DNA from: an uncultured bacterium
GTDB taxonomy: Bacteria; Desulfobacterota; Deferrimicrobia; J040
Direction: 5' to 3'
Assembly (NCBI GenBank): GCA_964429585.1
Contig: CAYSCN010000009.1
Span: 3,816-67,815 of the forward strand
Length of the DNA: 64,000 nt
Part shown: one piece after another, positions 1 through 10,033 of the stretch
Layout: each line of letters begins with the position of its first letter
Position numbering within the stretch: position 1 is the first letter of the stretch
Translations under genes and position numbers: made by a program
Notes under the pieces: generated by a model
The model's database searches: none
What the model saw: the letters and a program-made list of their open reading frames with translations, nothing else
What the model was told of the DNA's origin: nothing

Positions 1-279
1 GGAGAGAAGTTCGTCCGACCCGTTTCCAGCGAGGATATGATCGGGAGGAACGCCGTAGACTTCAGCGGCTGCTTCAAGCAGTCTGTCGGCCATGGGGGGA
101 GGGTAGAGCCGCAACTCATCGGATGCGGCGGATCTTATCGCCTCCAGAACCCTTGGGGAGGGGGGGTAAGGATTTTCGTTCGTGTTCAGCTTTGTGACTC
201 GTTTTTCACCAGGTTGTTCCCCCGGCACATATCCCTTCATTCTGATTATGTTCTCTCTGGCGAATTTTTGAATGTCCAT
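1..279 (-). CDS. hisC: Histidinol-phosphate aminotransferase, 5' part only (runs off the window start)
   Basis: Manual translation from ATG at 279: [23 protein letters not shown]...[15 protein letters not shown]...LRLYP...AGNGSDELL, typical HisC N-terminal motifs; not in the ORF track because it is truncated. Confidence 0.88.
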   Translation of the reverse strand, partial: MDIQKFARENIIRMKGYVPGEQPGEKRVTKLNTNENPYPPSPRVLEAIRSAASDELRLYPPPMADRLLEAAAEVYGVPPDHILAGNGSDELLS

Positions 280-1467
280 TTATTTCCCCCACCTGGATGC
301 CAGGCGTCTCCAGGACTCTTCCGAGCGTTTCACGATTTCAGGGCTGGTGCAATACGCGACCCTGAAATATCCGGGCGTGCCGAAACCTCCGCCTGGCACG
401 ATCAGGATTCTCTCGCTCCTGGCGAGTTCGGCGAATTCTTCGTCGGATAGCCCTCCGGGCGTCTTGGGAAAGAAGTAAAAGGCCCCGTCTGGTTTTACAA
501 ATTCGACTCCGATTTCCTGAAAGAGGCTGGAGAGAAAGGATCTGTTTTCACTGTAAGGGGCCAGGTCCGGTTTGATGCCAGTGAGGATTCCGGCGACTCT
601 TTGCATCAGGGCCGGTGCATTGACGAAGCCAAGCGTCCTGTTGGCGAAAACCATGGCGCTGAAGATTTCCTCGGAGTCGGTTGCATCCGGTGAGATAGCG
701 GCGTAACCAATCCTTTCCCCGGGAACGTTCAGGTCTTTGGAGTGGGAGTAGACCACGAAGGAGTTTCTCACGTAGCGCGCCGGTGGGTGGAATTCCGCCG
801 TGTCGTAGATTATTTCTCTGTATGGCTCGTCCGAGATCAAATAGACGGGATTTCCGGTTTTTTCTTCCCATTCCTCCAGCAGACGCGAGAGTTCTTCGAG
901 CACGTATCTTCCATATACCCTGCCCGTTGGGTTGTTTGGAGTGTTTACTATTATCGCCCTGGTTCTGTTTGTCAGCGTTTCTTCCAGAACGTTCAGGTCT
1001 GGATCGAAGTTTCCGTCAGTCCGTGCGATTTTCGGCACGCCTCCGTGGTTTTTTATGTAAAAGATGTACTCAACGAAATAAGGAGCAAGAATTATCACCT
1101 CGTCGCCCGGATTCAGGATGGATTTCAGAACCACGTTCAGGCCGCCGGCTGCCCCGCAGGTCATTACAACGTTACGGGCGGTGAACTTTATGCCCGTTAA
1201 GGAGGTGAGTTCTTCTGCTTTCCTTGCCCGTACCTCTTCGAATCCGGCGTTTTCCATGTAACCGTGGGCGCCTTTTGATGGAGCGGAGATTAGGCGAGAG
1301 AGCTCTTCGTAGAATTCTTCTGGCGGTTCCCCATAGGGGTTGCCGAGGGAGAAATCGAAGACGTTTTCTTCCCCGAATTTCTCCTTCAGTTTTGCTCCTT
1401 CCTCGAACATCTTCCGGATCCAGGAGCTTCTCGACAGCATTTCTCTTATCTCGTCGGCGCAGCCCAT
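280..1467 (-). CDS. PLP-dependent class I aminotransferase (aspartate aminotransferase-like)
   Basis: FDFSLGNP, NTPNNPTG, SDEPY, SHSKDLNVPGERIGY motifs. Confidence 0.9.
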   Translation of the reverse strand: MGCADEIREMLSRSSWIRKMFEEGAKLKEKFGEENVFDFSLGNPYGEPPEEFYEELSRLISAPSKGAHGYMENAGFEEVRARKAEELTSLTGIKFTARNVVMTCGAAGGLNVVLKSILNPGDEVIILAPYFVEYIFYIKNHGGVPKIARTDGNFDPDLNVLEETLTNRTRAIIVNTPNNPTGRVYGRYVLEELSRLLEEWEEKTGNPVYLISDEPYREIIYDTAEFHPPARYVRNSFVVYSHSKDLNVPGERIGYAAISPDATDSEEIFSAMVFANRTLGFVNAPALMQRVAGILTGIKPDLAPYSENRSFLSSLFQEIGVEFVKPDGAFYFFPKTPGGLSDEEFAELARSERILIVPGGGFGTPGYFRVAYCTSPEIVKRSEESWRRLASRWGK

Positions 1468-1474
1468 CTGAGGT

Positions 1475-3199
1475 TTACCTCCTCCGGTTCTTCACGAATT
1501 CGATGACCCGCTCTACGTCCCAGGTGTTCACCACGTCTTCCGGTTCGAGCCAGCCTCTCCGGGCGGTTCCGATCCCGAAGAAAAGGTTTTTCAGGTCGTC
1601 CCTGTGGTGCATGTCGGTGGTTATCGCCACCTTTACGCCAGCATCTTTCGCCATTTTACACGCCACGTCCGGGATGTCGAGCCTTTTGGGGTGAGAATTG
1701 AGCTCCAGGATCACGTCGAGCTCTTTCGCTTTCTCGATTATCTTCTCCAGGTCGACCTCGTAGCCGCTTCTTTCGCCGAAGAGTCTTCCGCTCAAGTGTC
1801 CCACCATGTCCACAACGCCGCTTTCCATGGCGCGGATGATTCTCTCCGTCGCTTTTTCCCGGCTCATCTGAAAACCGGAGTGGATCGAACCGGTGACGAA
1901 ATCAAGCTGGGAGAGGACCTTCACGGGGAGGTCCAGTTTTCCTTCCTTGAGGATGTCGACTTCGATCCCCGAGAGTATGGTGATACCTCTGATTTTGGAG
2001 TTGAGCCTGTCTATGAGCTCTTTTTGCTCCAGGACTTCCTTCTCGGAGAGGCCCCCTGCGATTCGGAGAGATCTGGAGTGGTCCGTCACTGCCAGATACT
2101 TGAATCCATATTCTCTCATTATTTCCACCACTTCTTCGAGGGTGTGAAATCCGTCGCTCCAGTTGGTGTGCAGGTGGAGCTCGCCCATTATGTCTTTTAT
2201 GGTCACCAGCTGTGGCAATCTCTTTTCCATCGCCGCTTCCACTTCGCCTGCATCTTCCCGGAGTTCCGGCGGGATGTAGTCCATTCCCAGAGAGGAATAT
2301 ATTTCTTCTTCCTCTTTTCCAGCTATCATTTCTCCCGATGATAACTTGAAGATTCCATATTCCGACAGCTTGAGACCCTTTTCCCTGGCTACCTGTCTGA
2401 GCCTCACATTATGTGATTTGGATCCTGTAAAATAGTTCAGGGCACTGCCGAAGCAGTTTTCCGGAACGACCCTCAAGTCCACCTGGAGTTCGTCTCCCAC
2501 GCGGACGCTCCCTTTTGTGTCGCCGGCGGCGAGAACCTCTGTCACACCGGGATAGTTCACGAAGTGGCGTATCAGCTCGTCTCCCCTGTCGGAAACAGCG
2601 AGTATGTCCACATCCCCCACCGTTTCCTTCATTCTGCGAAGTGAGCCTGCGAACTCGATTCTTTTGGCCAGTCCCGAAGTGTAGATGTGTTCTTTTATGT
2701 CTTCAGCTATGAGGAACGCTTCGCCAAGAGGTATCCTTTCTCTAGAGGAGCGGTAAAAGTCGATACCTTTCAGTATGTTTTCTATGGTCTTTGTTTTCAT
2801 CCCAGGGATATTGGCGAGTTTTCCGTCTTCGATCGCCTTTTTGAGTGATTCCACGGAATCTATTCCCAGCTCTCTGTAAAACATGGATATTTTTTTGGGG
2901 CCGAGTCCTGGGATCTTTTTCATCTCGAGGAGGCCTGCCGGCACTTCCTTCTTCAGTTTTTCGAGCTGGTCGATTTTTCCCGTAGCGATGAATTCACGTA
3001 TTTTTCCGGCCAGATCTTTTCCTATTCCCGGAAGATTCAAGAGTTCGGATTCGCTCATGGATGAGATGGGTCTTGGGTGTGCGATGATCGTATCGCCGGC
3101 TTTTCTGTAGGCTCTGACCCGGAAGGGATTCTCGTCCAGGACTTCCAGGTAGTCGGCTATGAGGAATAACGCTTCGGCGATTTTCCTGTTATCAACCAT
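1475..3199 (-). CDS. polX: DNA polymerase X / PHP 3'-5' exonuclease fusion
   Basis: ENPFRVRAY, HhH GLGPKK, GSLRR..GDVDIL, YFTGSK, PHP HLHTNWSDG / TDHS; start trimmed to MVDNRKIA. Confidence 0.92.
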   Translation of the reverse strand: MVDNRKIAEALFLIADYLEVLDENPFRVRAYRKAGDTIIAHPRPISSMSESELLNLPGIGKDLAGKIREFIATGKIDQLEKLKKEVPAGLLEMKKIPGLGPKKISMFYRELGIDSVESLKKAIEDGKLANIPGMKTKTIENILKGIDFYRSSRERIPLGEAFLIAEDIKEHIYTSGLAKRIEFAGSLRRMKETVGDVDILAVSDRGDELIRHFVNYPGVTEVLAAGDTKGSVRVGDELQVDLRVVPENCFGSALNYFTGSKSHNVRLRQVAREKGLKLSEYGIFKLSSGEMIAGKEEEEIYSSLGMDYIPPELREDAGEVEAAMEKRLPQLVTIKDIMGELHLHTNWSDGFHTLEEVVEIMREYGFKYLAVTDHSRSLRIAGGLSEKEVLEQKELIDRLNSKIRGITILSGIEVDILKEGKLDLPVKVLSQLDFVTGSIHSGFQMSREKATERIIRAMESGVVDMVGHLSGRLFGERSGYEVDLEKIIEKAKELDVILELNSHPKRLDIPDVACKMAKDAGVKVAITTDMHHRDDLKNLFFGIGTARRGWLEPEDVVNTWDVERVIEFVKNRRR

Positions 3200-3289
3200 A
3201 CGTTTCAATCTGCTTTCCACGGAAAAGAAAATGAGAATGTATAATATTCTATCCCCTGCTCGGGGGATAGTATAGAGGGAGGTGGAGCT

Positions 3290-3922
3290 GTGGGTAGAAG
3301 AAATGCGTTTTTCCCGCTGTTTCTGGCGCTTGTGGCCTCGGTCGTGATTTCCTGTGCGCCTGCAAGGGAAAGATTTGTGACGATTCGTTATTCCCCCACC
3401 GCGAAGGGGAAGCAACCGGTGGTCGAGGACGTGAGAATAACCGTGAACGACTTCCTCGATGTCAGGGAGGACCGCGACAGGGCAGGTGTGGACTACACTA
3501 CCGCGGCCGACATCAGATTGAAGGAACCCGTTTCCGTGGCGGTGACGCAGATGGTGGTGGAGGCGCTAAAGGAGCGCGGTTTTTCTCCGATTACGATCAA
3601 GGAGAAGAGGGATGTTGCCGATTACGTGAGTGAATATGAAGCGGATTATCACCTTCAGGGTGAGGTGGAAGAGCTTTTCGTGACCGTGAAAAGATCTGGA
3701 TTGCTCGCTGACTTCACGGCGAGAGGAAGAATATTTTTCAGGCTCTTCGACAAAAACGGAGAGCTCCTCTGGAGCGGCAGATTCAGCTCGGAGAGAGAAG
3801 TTTCCGCCCCATTCGTTTCCGAGAAAGCGATAGAGGAAGCTCTTTCCGATTGTGTGAGCGATATTGTCAGTGGGTTTCTCGAGGACGAGGCAGTTATGAG
3901 GGCGATGAGGAAGAAGGATTGA
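3290..3922 (+). CDS. Lipoprotein, YajG-like hypothetical
   Basis: Hydrophobic signal ending VVISC lipobox; GGAGG RBS upstream; VNDFLDVRE pattern resembles YajG-type lipoproteins. Confidence 0.6.
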   Translation: MGRRNAFFPLFLALVASVVISCAPARERFVTIRYSPTAKGKQPVVEDVRITVNDFLDVREDRDRAGVDYTTAADIRLKEPVSVAVTQMVVEALKERGFSPITIKEKRDVADYVSEYEADYHLQGEVEELFVTVKRSGLLADFTARGRIFFRLFDKNGELLWSGRFSSEREVSAPFVSEKAIEEALSDCVSDIVSGFLEDEAVMRAMRKKD

Positions 3923-3924
3923 GC

Positions 3925-5637
3925 ATGTTTCTTTCATCTAAAAAGGGTTTGTCGTTTTTTGCTTTGATTCTTCTGATTGCACTGGCTTCCTGCACATCGG
4001 GGGGGAGCATCGAAGTTCTCGAGACTTCGAAGGGAAGTGAAACGGTTCGTATTGCCGTTTCCGATGAGGTGATCGACTTCGCCAAAGAGTTCTTCGAGTC
4101 CATGCCCGGCGAGAGGAATTTTTCGGTCAGGTACATCGAGACTCACTCTGGCCCCTCGGTGAAATACCTGCTCAACGGGGAAGCGGACATTGCTGTCGTT
4201 TCGAAAAGGGTCAACCTGCCATCGGAGAGCGGTCTAATATATGTTCCGATTGCCTATGGTGGGATGATTTTCGTTTGTGATGAGGCGGCGGGGATAAAAG
4301 AACTCTCACTCAAACAGCTTCTGGGGATTTATACGGGAAAAATCAACAACTGGAAGGATGTGGGCGGAAACGACCTTCCCATTACGGTTATAGATCGTCC
4401 ACCGCACTCCTCCGCAAGGATATACGCCGAGGAACTCATTTCTGCGAATTTGGACGAGAAGGCGAGAAGGAGATCTTTCTACGCCGAGACCAACAGCGCT
4501 GCTGTGGAAGCCACCAGGAGAATCAGAGGATTCATAGCCTATATAGTCGTCTCATCGCCGATATCGGGTAGTTACAGAGGGGTTCCGCTCACCGTGGAGG
4601 GGATGAAGCCTTTCCTCATGAATGTTCCTGATACGAGGTACCCTATCCCTCTCGAGATAGGGTTCGTCGCCAAAAGAGGGGCTTCGAAAGAGGTGGACGA
4701 GCTCATAGGTTACGCTTTCTCCACATCCGGTATACACAGGATAGCCGCGCTTGGGCTCATCCCGGCTTCCACTTCCATCAGGGTCAGCGAGTGTCACTGC
4801 AGTGGGGTGGATACCATAGAGCCGAGAGGCAAAGGCGTGAAAAAAGGGGTGTTGACTTTGGGGGTGGTTCCCGAGTTCACGGTGAGCAAGCAGGAAGCGA
4901 GGTATAGAAAGATAGCGGAGTTGATAGCAAGAGAATTGGATCTGGCGGTGAGGCTCAAGCATTTCGAATCCTACAGGAGGCTCGTAGAGGAGTTCAGGAA
5001 AGGGCGCCTCGATGGAGCTTTCGTGGGGAGCTTCGTTTACGGAGTCTTGAGGAAAGAGCTGGGTGTGATGCCTGTAGCCCGTCCACTTACTTCGGGCAGG
5101 TCGGAGTACAGGGGTATTCTCATCACCCGGGCTGGAATGGGTATAGATGAATTTGCCGATCTCAAGGGGAAAAAGGTTGCTTACGTTCCGAGCACTACAG
5201 CGGGTGAGCTGTTCATGAAAACGCTCTTGAGACAGAGGGGACTTAGGATGGGGGAGTTTTTCGGAAAGGCGATTTCTGTTCTGTCGCATGAGGATGCAGT
5301 GGAAGTGCTTCTCGAGGGAAAGGTTGAAGCTGCTTTTGTCAAAGACCTTGTTTTTGAAAGGATAATCACCAATCATCCTACATTGAAGCCAAAGTTTGAG
5401 ATCATAGCTAAGTCTGAACCCGTTCCCGAGAACGCTCTGGTCCTGTCCAGGGAGAGTTATGCCGTGCTGGGAGACGAGCTCAAATCTCTCCTCCTTCACA
5501 TTTCCGAGAAGAAAGGAGGAAAAGAGGCACTCAGGGCCCTGGGCGCCGATGGGTTCATAGCCACCAGAGACGAGGACTACAAAAACCTTTACTCCATGAT
5601 GAAACAGGCTGGAGTAAAGATGCAGGAGACCCTGTGA
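3925..5637 (+). CDS. Lipoprotein with two solute-binding domains (PstS-like N-terminal, PhnD/phosphonate-binding-like C-terminal)
   Basis: LASC lipobox; IYTGKINNWKDVGGNDLPITVIDR (PstS/PBP-like); LTLGVVP...YRGILITR...DLKGKKVAY..STTAG...SHEDAV (PhnD-like). Confidence 0.75.
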   Translation: MFLSSKKGLSFFALILLIALASCTSGGSIEVLETSKGSETVRIAVSDEVIDFAKEFFESMPGERNFSVRYIETHSGPSVKYLLNGEADIAVVSKRVNLPSESGLIYVPIAYGGMIFVCDEAAGIKELSLKQLLGIYTGKINNWKDVGGNDLPITVIDRPPHSSARIYAEELISANLDEKARRRSFYAETNSAAVEATRRIRGFIAYIVVSSPISGSYRGVPLTVEGMKPFLMNVPDTRYPIPLEIGFVAKRGASKEVDELIGYAFSTSGIHRIAALGLIPASTSIRVSECHCSGVDTIEPRGKGVKKGVLTLGVVPEFTVSKQEARYRKIAELIARELDLAVRLKHFESYRRLVEEFRKGRLDGAFVGSFVYGVLRKELGVMPVARPLTSGRSEYRGILITRAGMGIDEFADLKGKKVAYVPSTTAGELFMKTLLRQRGLRMGEFFGKAISVLSHEDAVEVLLEGKVEAAFVKDLVFERIITNHPTLKPKFEIIAKSEPVPENALVLSRESYAVLGDELKSLLLHISEKKGGKEALRALGADGFIATRDEDYKNLYSMMKQAGVKMQETL

Positions 5638-7541
5638 GAAACATCGGAGAAAAAATCGAGAAGAGCTTCACTTTGAAGTTCGTGCTCCTTTTCGTGATTC
5701 TCTTTTTCGTTACTGCGGGAGTTTCTGTGTATTTCTTCGCTACTTTCTCCAGGAGCCAGATGAGAAGCAGGATGAAAAAAGACCTGCTCGAGTCCATGAA
5801 AGCGTTTAACCGCGCCATCGAGTCGAAAAAGAGCCTCGCCTTTCAGTTTGCTCAGTTCATTTCGAGTTCCGAATCGCTTTCTCTTTATCCGGGCGACGTG
5901 GAGAGATTGAGGAGCCTGGAGATAATGATGACGGAACGCGCCCGCGTGATGGATTTTCAGGTCGACACAATCAGAGTCTTCCAGGGAGAGGAGGTCGACG
6001 ACCCGCTCGTCAAAAAAGGAATTTCCGGTGTTTCTTCAACTTCTCTGACGATGATAGGACGGAGGGGACACAGATTCGCGGTTGTGTCCATTGCACCGGT
6101 TCTGGCCAACGGGGAAGTCAGAAAGGTGGTGAGGGTTATATATCCCATAACGAAGACATTTCTCAAGAGACAAAAAAGAGAGGTTGGAGCCGATATAACC
6201 CTGCTCTACGGTGGAATCACCATCGTGACGACCACGAGTTGTGAGAGCTGCATGGTTTTCTTCAAAAAAATGATTGGCGACAGTGAGAACCTGAAACAGC
6301 TGAAAGAAGGCAAATTCCTGTATTTCGAGGACGAGTGTTTTCCTTACATGCACAGCGGGATCGTTATGGCCTACGACATAGGATTCGAGGAGCCAGCGTT
6401 TCTGTTCCTCACCCAGGATGTTTCCCAGGAGATTGCTGCTTATAGGAGGAGTATTCTGGCGTTTGCGGGCGGGGTGGCGGGGTATTCCCTGCTCGTCATC
6501 ATCGTGTTCGCATTTGTTGCGAGGAGGCTGGTAGCGCCGGTGAAGAAGCTGACCTGGATGGCTGACGAGATAGCGAGCGGAAGACCAGGCGTGACTGTGG
6601 ACGTAGACAGGAAAGACGAAATAGGAGCACTCCAGACGCGTTTGAACGAGATGAGCGTGAAGTTGAAGGAGACGATCGACGAGCTGAAATCCAAGAGAGA
6701 GGAATTGCAGAACCTCAATGAAGAGTTGAAAGAGGCTCATCTCGAGGTTCTGGAATGGAACAAGAAACTCGAAGAGCGAGTGAGAGAAAAGACGGTGGAA
6801 CTGGAAAGGATGCACAGGAAAATTGTCGAGATCGAAAAGATGGCGGCGATGGGAAAGCTCATCTCAGGCATGGCCCACGAAATAAACAACCCTCTTGCTG
6901 GCATTGTGGGATACGCCCAGTATGCGATGGAAAGACTCGAGAATTTGAATGAGGGTGGTCTTTCGGAGGGTGCCCTCGAGAAATTCAGGGAATACCTCAG
7001 GACGATTCTCGATCTCGCTATGAGGTGCTCATCCATAGTCACGAACTTCACGGAGTTTTCGTCCGCGAAGCTGGATGAGATGGATTACGTGAATCTACGG
7101 GAACTGGTGGATCAGGTCCTCTCTATCTTCGAGACTCAGCTCAAGGACATAGGCATCGATATCGTGAAGAAGTACACCGACGATGTGAGCATGGTCTATG
7201 GTTCAACGGAAGGATTGAAAAGAGTGATCGAGAACATCGTGCTCAACGCTGCTGAGGCGATGCCGGATGGAGGGACCCTTACGATTTCGCTAATGAGAGA
7301 TGCGGGGTGGGTGGTGCTCGAAATATCGGATACGGGGGAAGGCATTTCCCGTGAACTCATCGGGAAAATATTCGACCCGTTTTTCAGCACCAGGGAAGTC
7401 GGTAAAGGAACGGGGCTGGGGCTTTACATAAGTTACAACATCGTGAAACGCCACGGAGGAGACATCGAAGTGAGGAGTGAACCCGGGAAGGGCACAACGG
7501 TCTCGGTCAGGCTCCCATCCTTCGCGGCGAGGAGGTTTTGA
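5634..7541 (+). CDS. Membrane sensor histidine kinase (periplasmic domain, HAMP, HisKA, HATPase)
   Basis: Two TM segments, HAMP DEIGALQTRLNEM, H-box GMAHEINNPL, N/G boxes DTGEGI, GTGLGL. Confidence 0.92.
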   Translation: MRNIGEKIEKSFTLKFVLLFVILFFVTAGVSVYFFATFSRSQMRSRMKKDLLESMKAFNRAIESKKSLAFQFAQFISSSESLSLYPGDVERLRSLEIMMTERARVMDFQVDTIRVFQGEEVDDPLVKKGISGVSSTSLTMIGRRGHRFAVVSIAPVLANGEVRKVVRVIYPITKTFLKRQKREVGADITLLYGGITIVTTTSCESCMVFFKKMIGDSENLKQLKEGKFLYFEDECFPYMHSGIVMAYDIGFEEPAFLFLTQDVSQEIAAYRRSILAFAGGVAGYSLLVIIVFAFVARRLVAPVKKLTWMADEIASGRPGVTVDVDRKDEIGALQTRLNEMSVKLKETIDELKSKREELQNLNEELKEAHLEVLEWNKKLEERVREKTVELERMHRKIVEIEKMAAMGKLISGMAHEINNPLAGIVGYAQYAMERLENLNEGGLSEGALEKFREYLRTILDLAMRCSSIVTNFTEFSSAKLDEMDYVNLRELVDQVLSIFETQLKDIGIDIVKKYTDDVSMVYGSTEGLKRVIENIVLNAAEAMPDGGTLTISLMRDAGWVVLEISDTGEGISRELIGKIFDPFFSTREVGKGTGLGLYISYNIVKRHGGDIEVRSEPGKGTTVSVRLPSFAARRF

Positions 7542-9035
7542 GTGAGCTCCGGAAGACTTCTTATCGTGGATGATGAAGGTGCGATAAGGACACTTCTGAA
7601 AGAGGTGTTCGAGAGCGAAGGTTACCACGTGAAGATAGCCCCCGATGCGTTCGAAGCGCTGGACATGATAAAGTCCTTCGACTTTGACCTGGTTCTGACC
7701 GACATAAAGATGCCCGGTATGTCGGGCCTTGAACTGATAAAGGAAGCGGAAAAGATAAAGAAGAACCTGGTTTTCATGATAATAACCGGATATGCCTCCA
7801 TCGAGTCTGCTCAGGCCGCAGTCAAATACGGTGTTTACGACTACATATCGAAACCTTTCGATATTTCTTACGTGAAGATGGCCGTTTCCAGGGCTCTGGA
7901 GCGAAAGAGGCTGTTCGACGAGAACACCAGGCTGAGAGAACTGGCCAAGTTGTTTTCCCTGACTGAATCTATAAGCACAACTCTCGAGAAGACTCGCCTT
8001 TCGAAACTGCTTCTTCATTCATCGATTACTTATACTGGGTCCGAGGGAGGGGCGATTTTCATTTTTACTGGTGATGAGGAAAACGGCGGAGAAATAACTC
8101 TAGACGAGTGGATTGCGGGCGGGACGTTTCAGGACGTGGTTTCCATTTCCCCAGAGGATTTCGGGAAGAAGGTACTTCGTCTCCTGTCGGGTCTGGGCAA
8201 GGCGATAATTCTCTCCAGTCACGATACTGTGGACTCGAGAAACGTGCGGGTCACGGTCGTGAAAGACGGACTGGAATCCTGGGGACTTCCAGGCGATGTG
8301 AGAGCGCTTCTGGTTCCGGTGATGAGGCTCGACAGGCTCCACGCTGGTATCGTTCTGGTGAAGAGCGGCAGACCCTTCACGCTCGATAACCTGGAACTCG
8401 TCAGCATAATAGCGAGCCAGGGGGCGGTCGCCTTCGAGAACGCCAACTTGATAACGAGCCTGAAAGACGCTTACATATCCATGATAGAGTCTCTCATCCT
8501 GATAGTCGAAGCCAAGGATTCCTACACGTACGGTCATTCTAGGAGGGTTTCCAATCTTTGCGTGAGGCTTGCCAGGAAGCTGGGGATACCGGAGAAGGAA
8601 GTGGAAACTCTCAGACTCGCTGCCAATCTTCACGACATCGGCAAAATCTCCGTGCCGGAGGGCATTCTGAACAAGCCGGGCAAGCCCGACGATGAGGAAT
8701 GGCTCTATATAAAAAGGCATACGCTCATAGGTGACGAGGTGCTCAAGCCTCTCAAGTTTCTCGACGAGGCGAGAGAGATAATCAGATATCACCACGAGCG
8801 ATACGATGGACGCGGCTACCCTCACGGGCTGAAAGGGGATGATATTCCTCTGCTTACCCGCATAATGACTGTTGCCGACGCGTATGATGCTATGTCGTCG
8901 GTTCGGGCCTACAGGAAGCCGCTGACGCGGGAGGAGATAAAAAGAGAGCTTCTCGAGAATGCGGGGAAACAATTCGATCCCGAAATAGTCAGAGCGATGA
9001 TAGAAATCATGGAAGAAGAGGGTGAGGAGCGATGA
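7542..9035 (+). CDS. Response regulator with REC-GAF-HD-GYP domains (cyclic di-GMP phosphodiesterase)
   Basis: LIVDDE..DIKMPG receiver; GHSRRV, LHDIGK, HHERYDGRGYP, VADAYDAM. Confidence 0.92.
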   Translation: MSSGRLLIVDDEGAIRTLLKEVFESEGYHVKIAPDAFEALDMIKSFDFDLVLTDIKMPGMSGLELIKEAEKIKKNLVFMIITGYASIESAQAAVKYGVYDYISKPFDISYVKMAVSRALERKRLFDENTRLRELAKLFSLTESISTTLEKTRLSKLLLHSSITYTGSEGGAIFIFTGDEENGGEITLDEWIAGGTFQDVVSISPEDFGKKVLRLLSGLGKAIILSSHDTVDSRNVRVTVVKDGLESWGLPGDVRALLVPVMRLDRLHAGIVLVKSGRPFTLDNLELVSIIASQGAVAFENANLITSLKDAYISMIESLILIVEAKDSYTYGHSRRVSNLCVRLARKLGIPEKEVETLRLAANLHDIGKISVPEGILNKPGKPDDEEWLYIKRHTLIGDEVLKPLKFLDEAREIIRYHHERYDGRGYPHGLKGDDIPLLTRIMTVADAYDAMSSVRAYRKPLTREEIKRELLENAGKQFDPEIVRAMIEIMEEEGEER

Positions 9036-10033
9036 TGGAGTTCGAGGTGGTGCGCTTCGATTCTTCTCTGCTCGAGCTGGTTGAGGAGCTCAATGAGCAG
9101 TCTTTCGAGCCGTCGCCTTTTTTGACCGCCACGTACCTGGAAGCGTGGGATTTTTGCTTCTCTGTCGAGAGGGAGAAGCTGGGGATAGTGGGTAAGAAAG
9201 ATGGTCAGTTGATCGGGGCAGGGGTGTTCTACAGGAGAAGTTTTCCCGACGCTTATGTGTGCCTTGGGGGGAAATCATTGTCCGACAGGCTGGGGTTCGC
9301 CATACGCAAAGGATTCGAAAACGAGTTTATTCGAGATTTTGCAGGCTGGATTGCCGCCGAGGGAAGGTTCGATCTGCCATTCGTCATAAACAACCTGAAC
9401 TGTGAATCACCTCAGTGTGAGGTGTTTTTGAGGCTTGCGGAGGAGACTGACCGTGTTTTCGTGGAGGAAACGGATGTTTCTCCTTACATCGAGCTGCCCT
9501 CGTCGTTTGACGAATATCTGTCCGGGCTCTCCGGTAAGCAGAGGCACGAGCTGCGCAGGAAGATGAGAAGGTGCGAGGAGAAGCTCGGTGGAGTGATTGT
9601 CGACGATGCGGCCATCGCTTCGGAAGAGTCTCTCGCCGATGCGTTCGAGGACTTCGTTCGTCTTCACTGCCTGTCCAACCAGAGGAAGGCGAACTTCTGG
9701 AAGGGTATGAGAAAAAAGTTTTTCCAGGAGATCGTGAAAAGATTCAGGGAGAGGGGGTGGCTTCGCCTTTTTTTCCTCAGGCGAAAATCGACGGGCGAGC
9801 CCGTATCTTCCCTCATGGTCTTCGATTACAACGGTGATTTCCTGCTTTACAATTCCGGCTTCAACCCCTCGTGGAAGTCGGCTTCTCCCGGGCTCACCCT
9901 GGTTGGGATGACGATCCGCCTCGCAATCGAGGAGGGGAAGAGGCGCTACGATTTCCTGAGAGGAGACGAAAAGTACAAGTTCGATCTTGGAGGCAATCCG
10001 AGGGGGGTTTTCAGGGTGGAAATCTCGCCATGA
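9032..10033 (+). CDS. GNAT-family acyltransferase (CelD/BcsL-like, Acetyltransf_6)
   Basis: LPSSFDEYLSGLSGKQRHELRRKMRR, YNSGF..SPG, YDFLRGDEKYK. Confidence 0.82.
   Translation: MMEFEVVRFDSSLLELVEELNEQSFEPSPFLTATYLEAWDFCFSVEREKLGIVGKKDGQLIGAGVFYRRSFPDAYVCLGGKSLSDRLGFAIRKGFENEFIRDFAGWIAAEGRFDLPFVINNLNCESPQCEVFLRLAEETDRVFVEETDVSPYIELPSSFDEYLSGLSGKQRHELRRKMRRCEEKLGGVIVDDAAIASEESLADAFEDFVRLHCLSNQRKANFWKGMRKKFFQEIVKRFRERGWLRLFFLRRKSTGEPVSSLMVFDYNGDFLLYNSGFNPSWKSASPGLTLVGMTIRLAIEEGKRRYDFLRGDEKYKFDLGGNPRGVFRVEISP

Noticed and set aside
4552-8972. Long minus-strand ORFs (4552-5499, 6036-6815, 7290-8018, 8100-8972)
   Set aside because: They are antisense to well-supported signalling genes; such shadows are expected from codon bias
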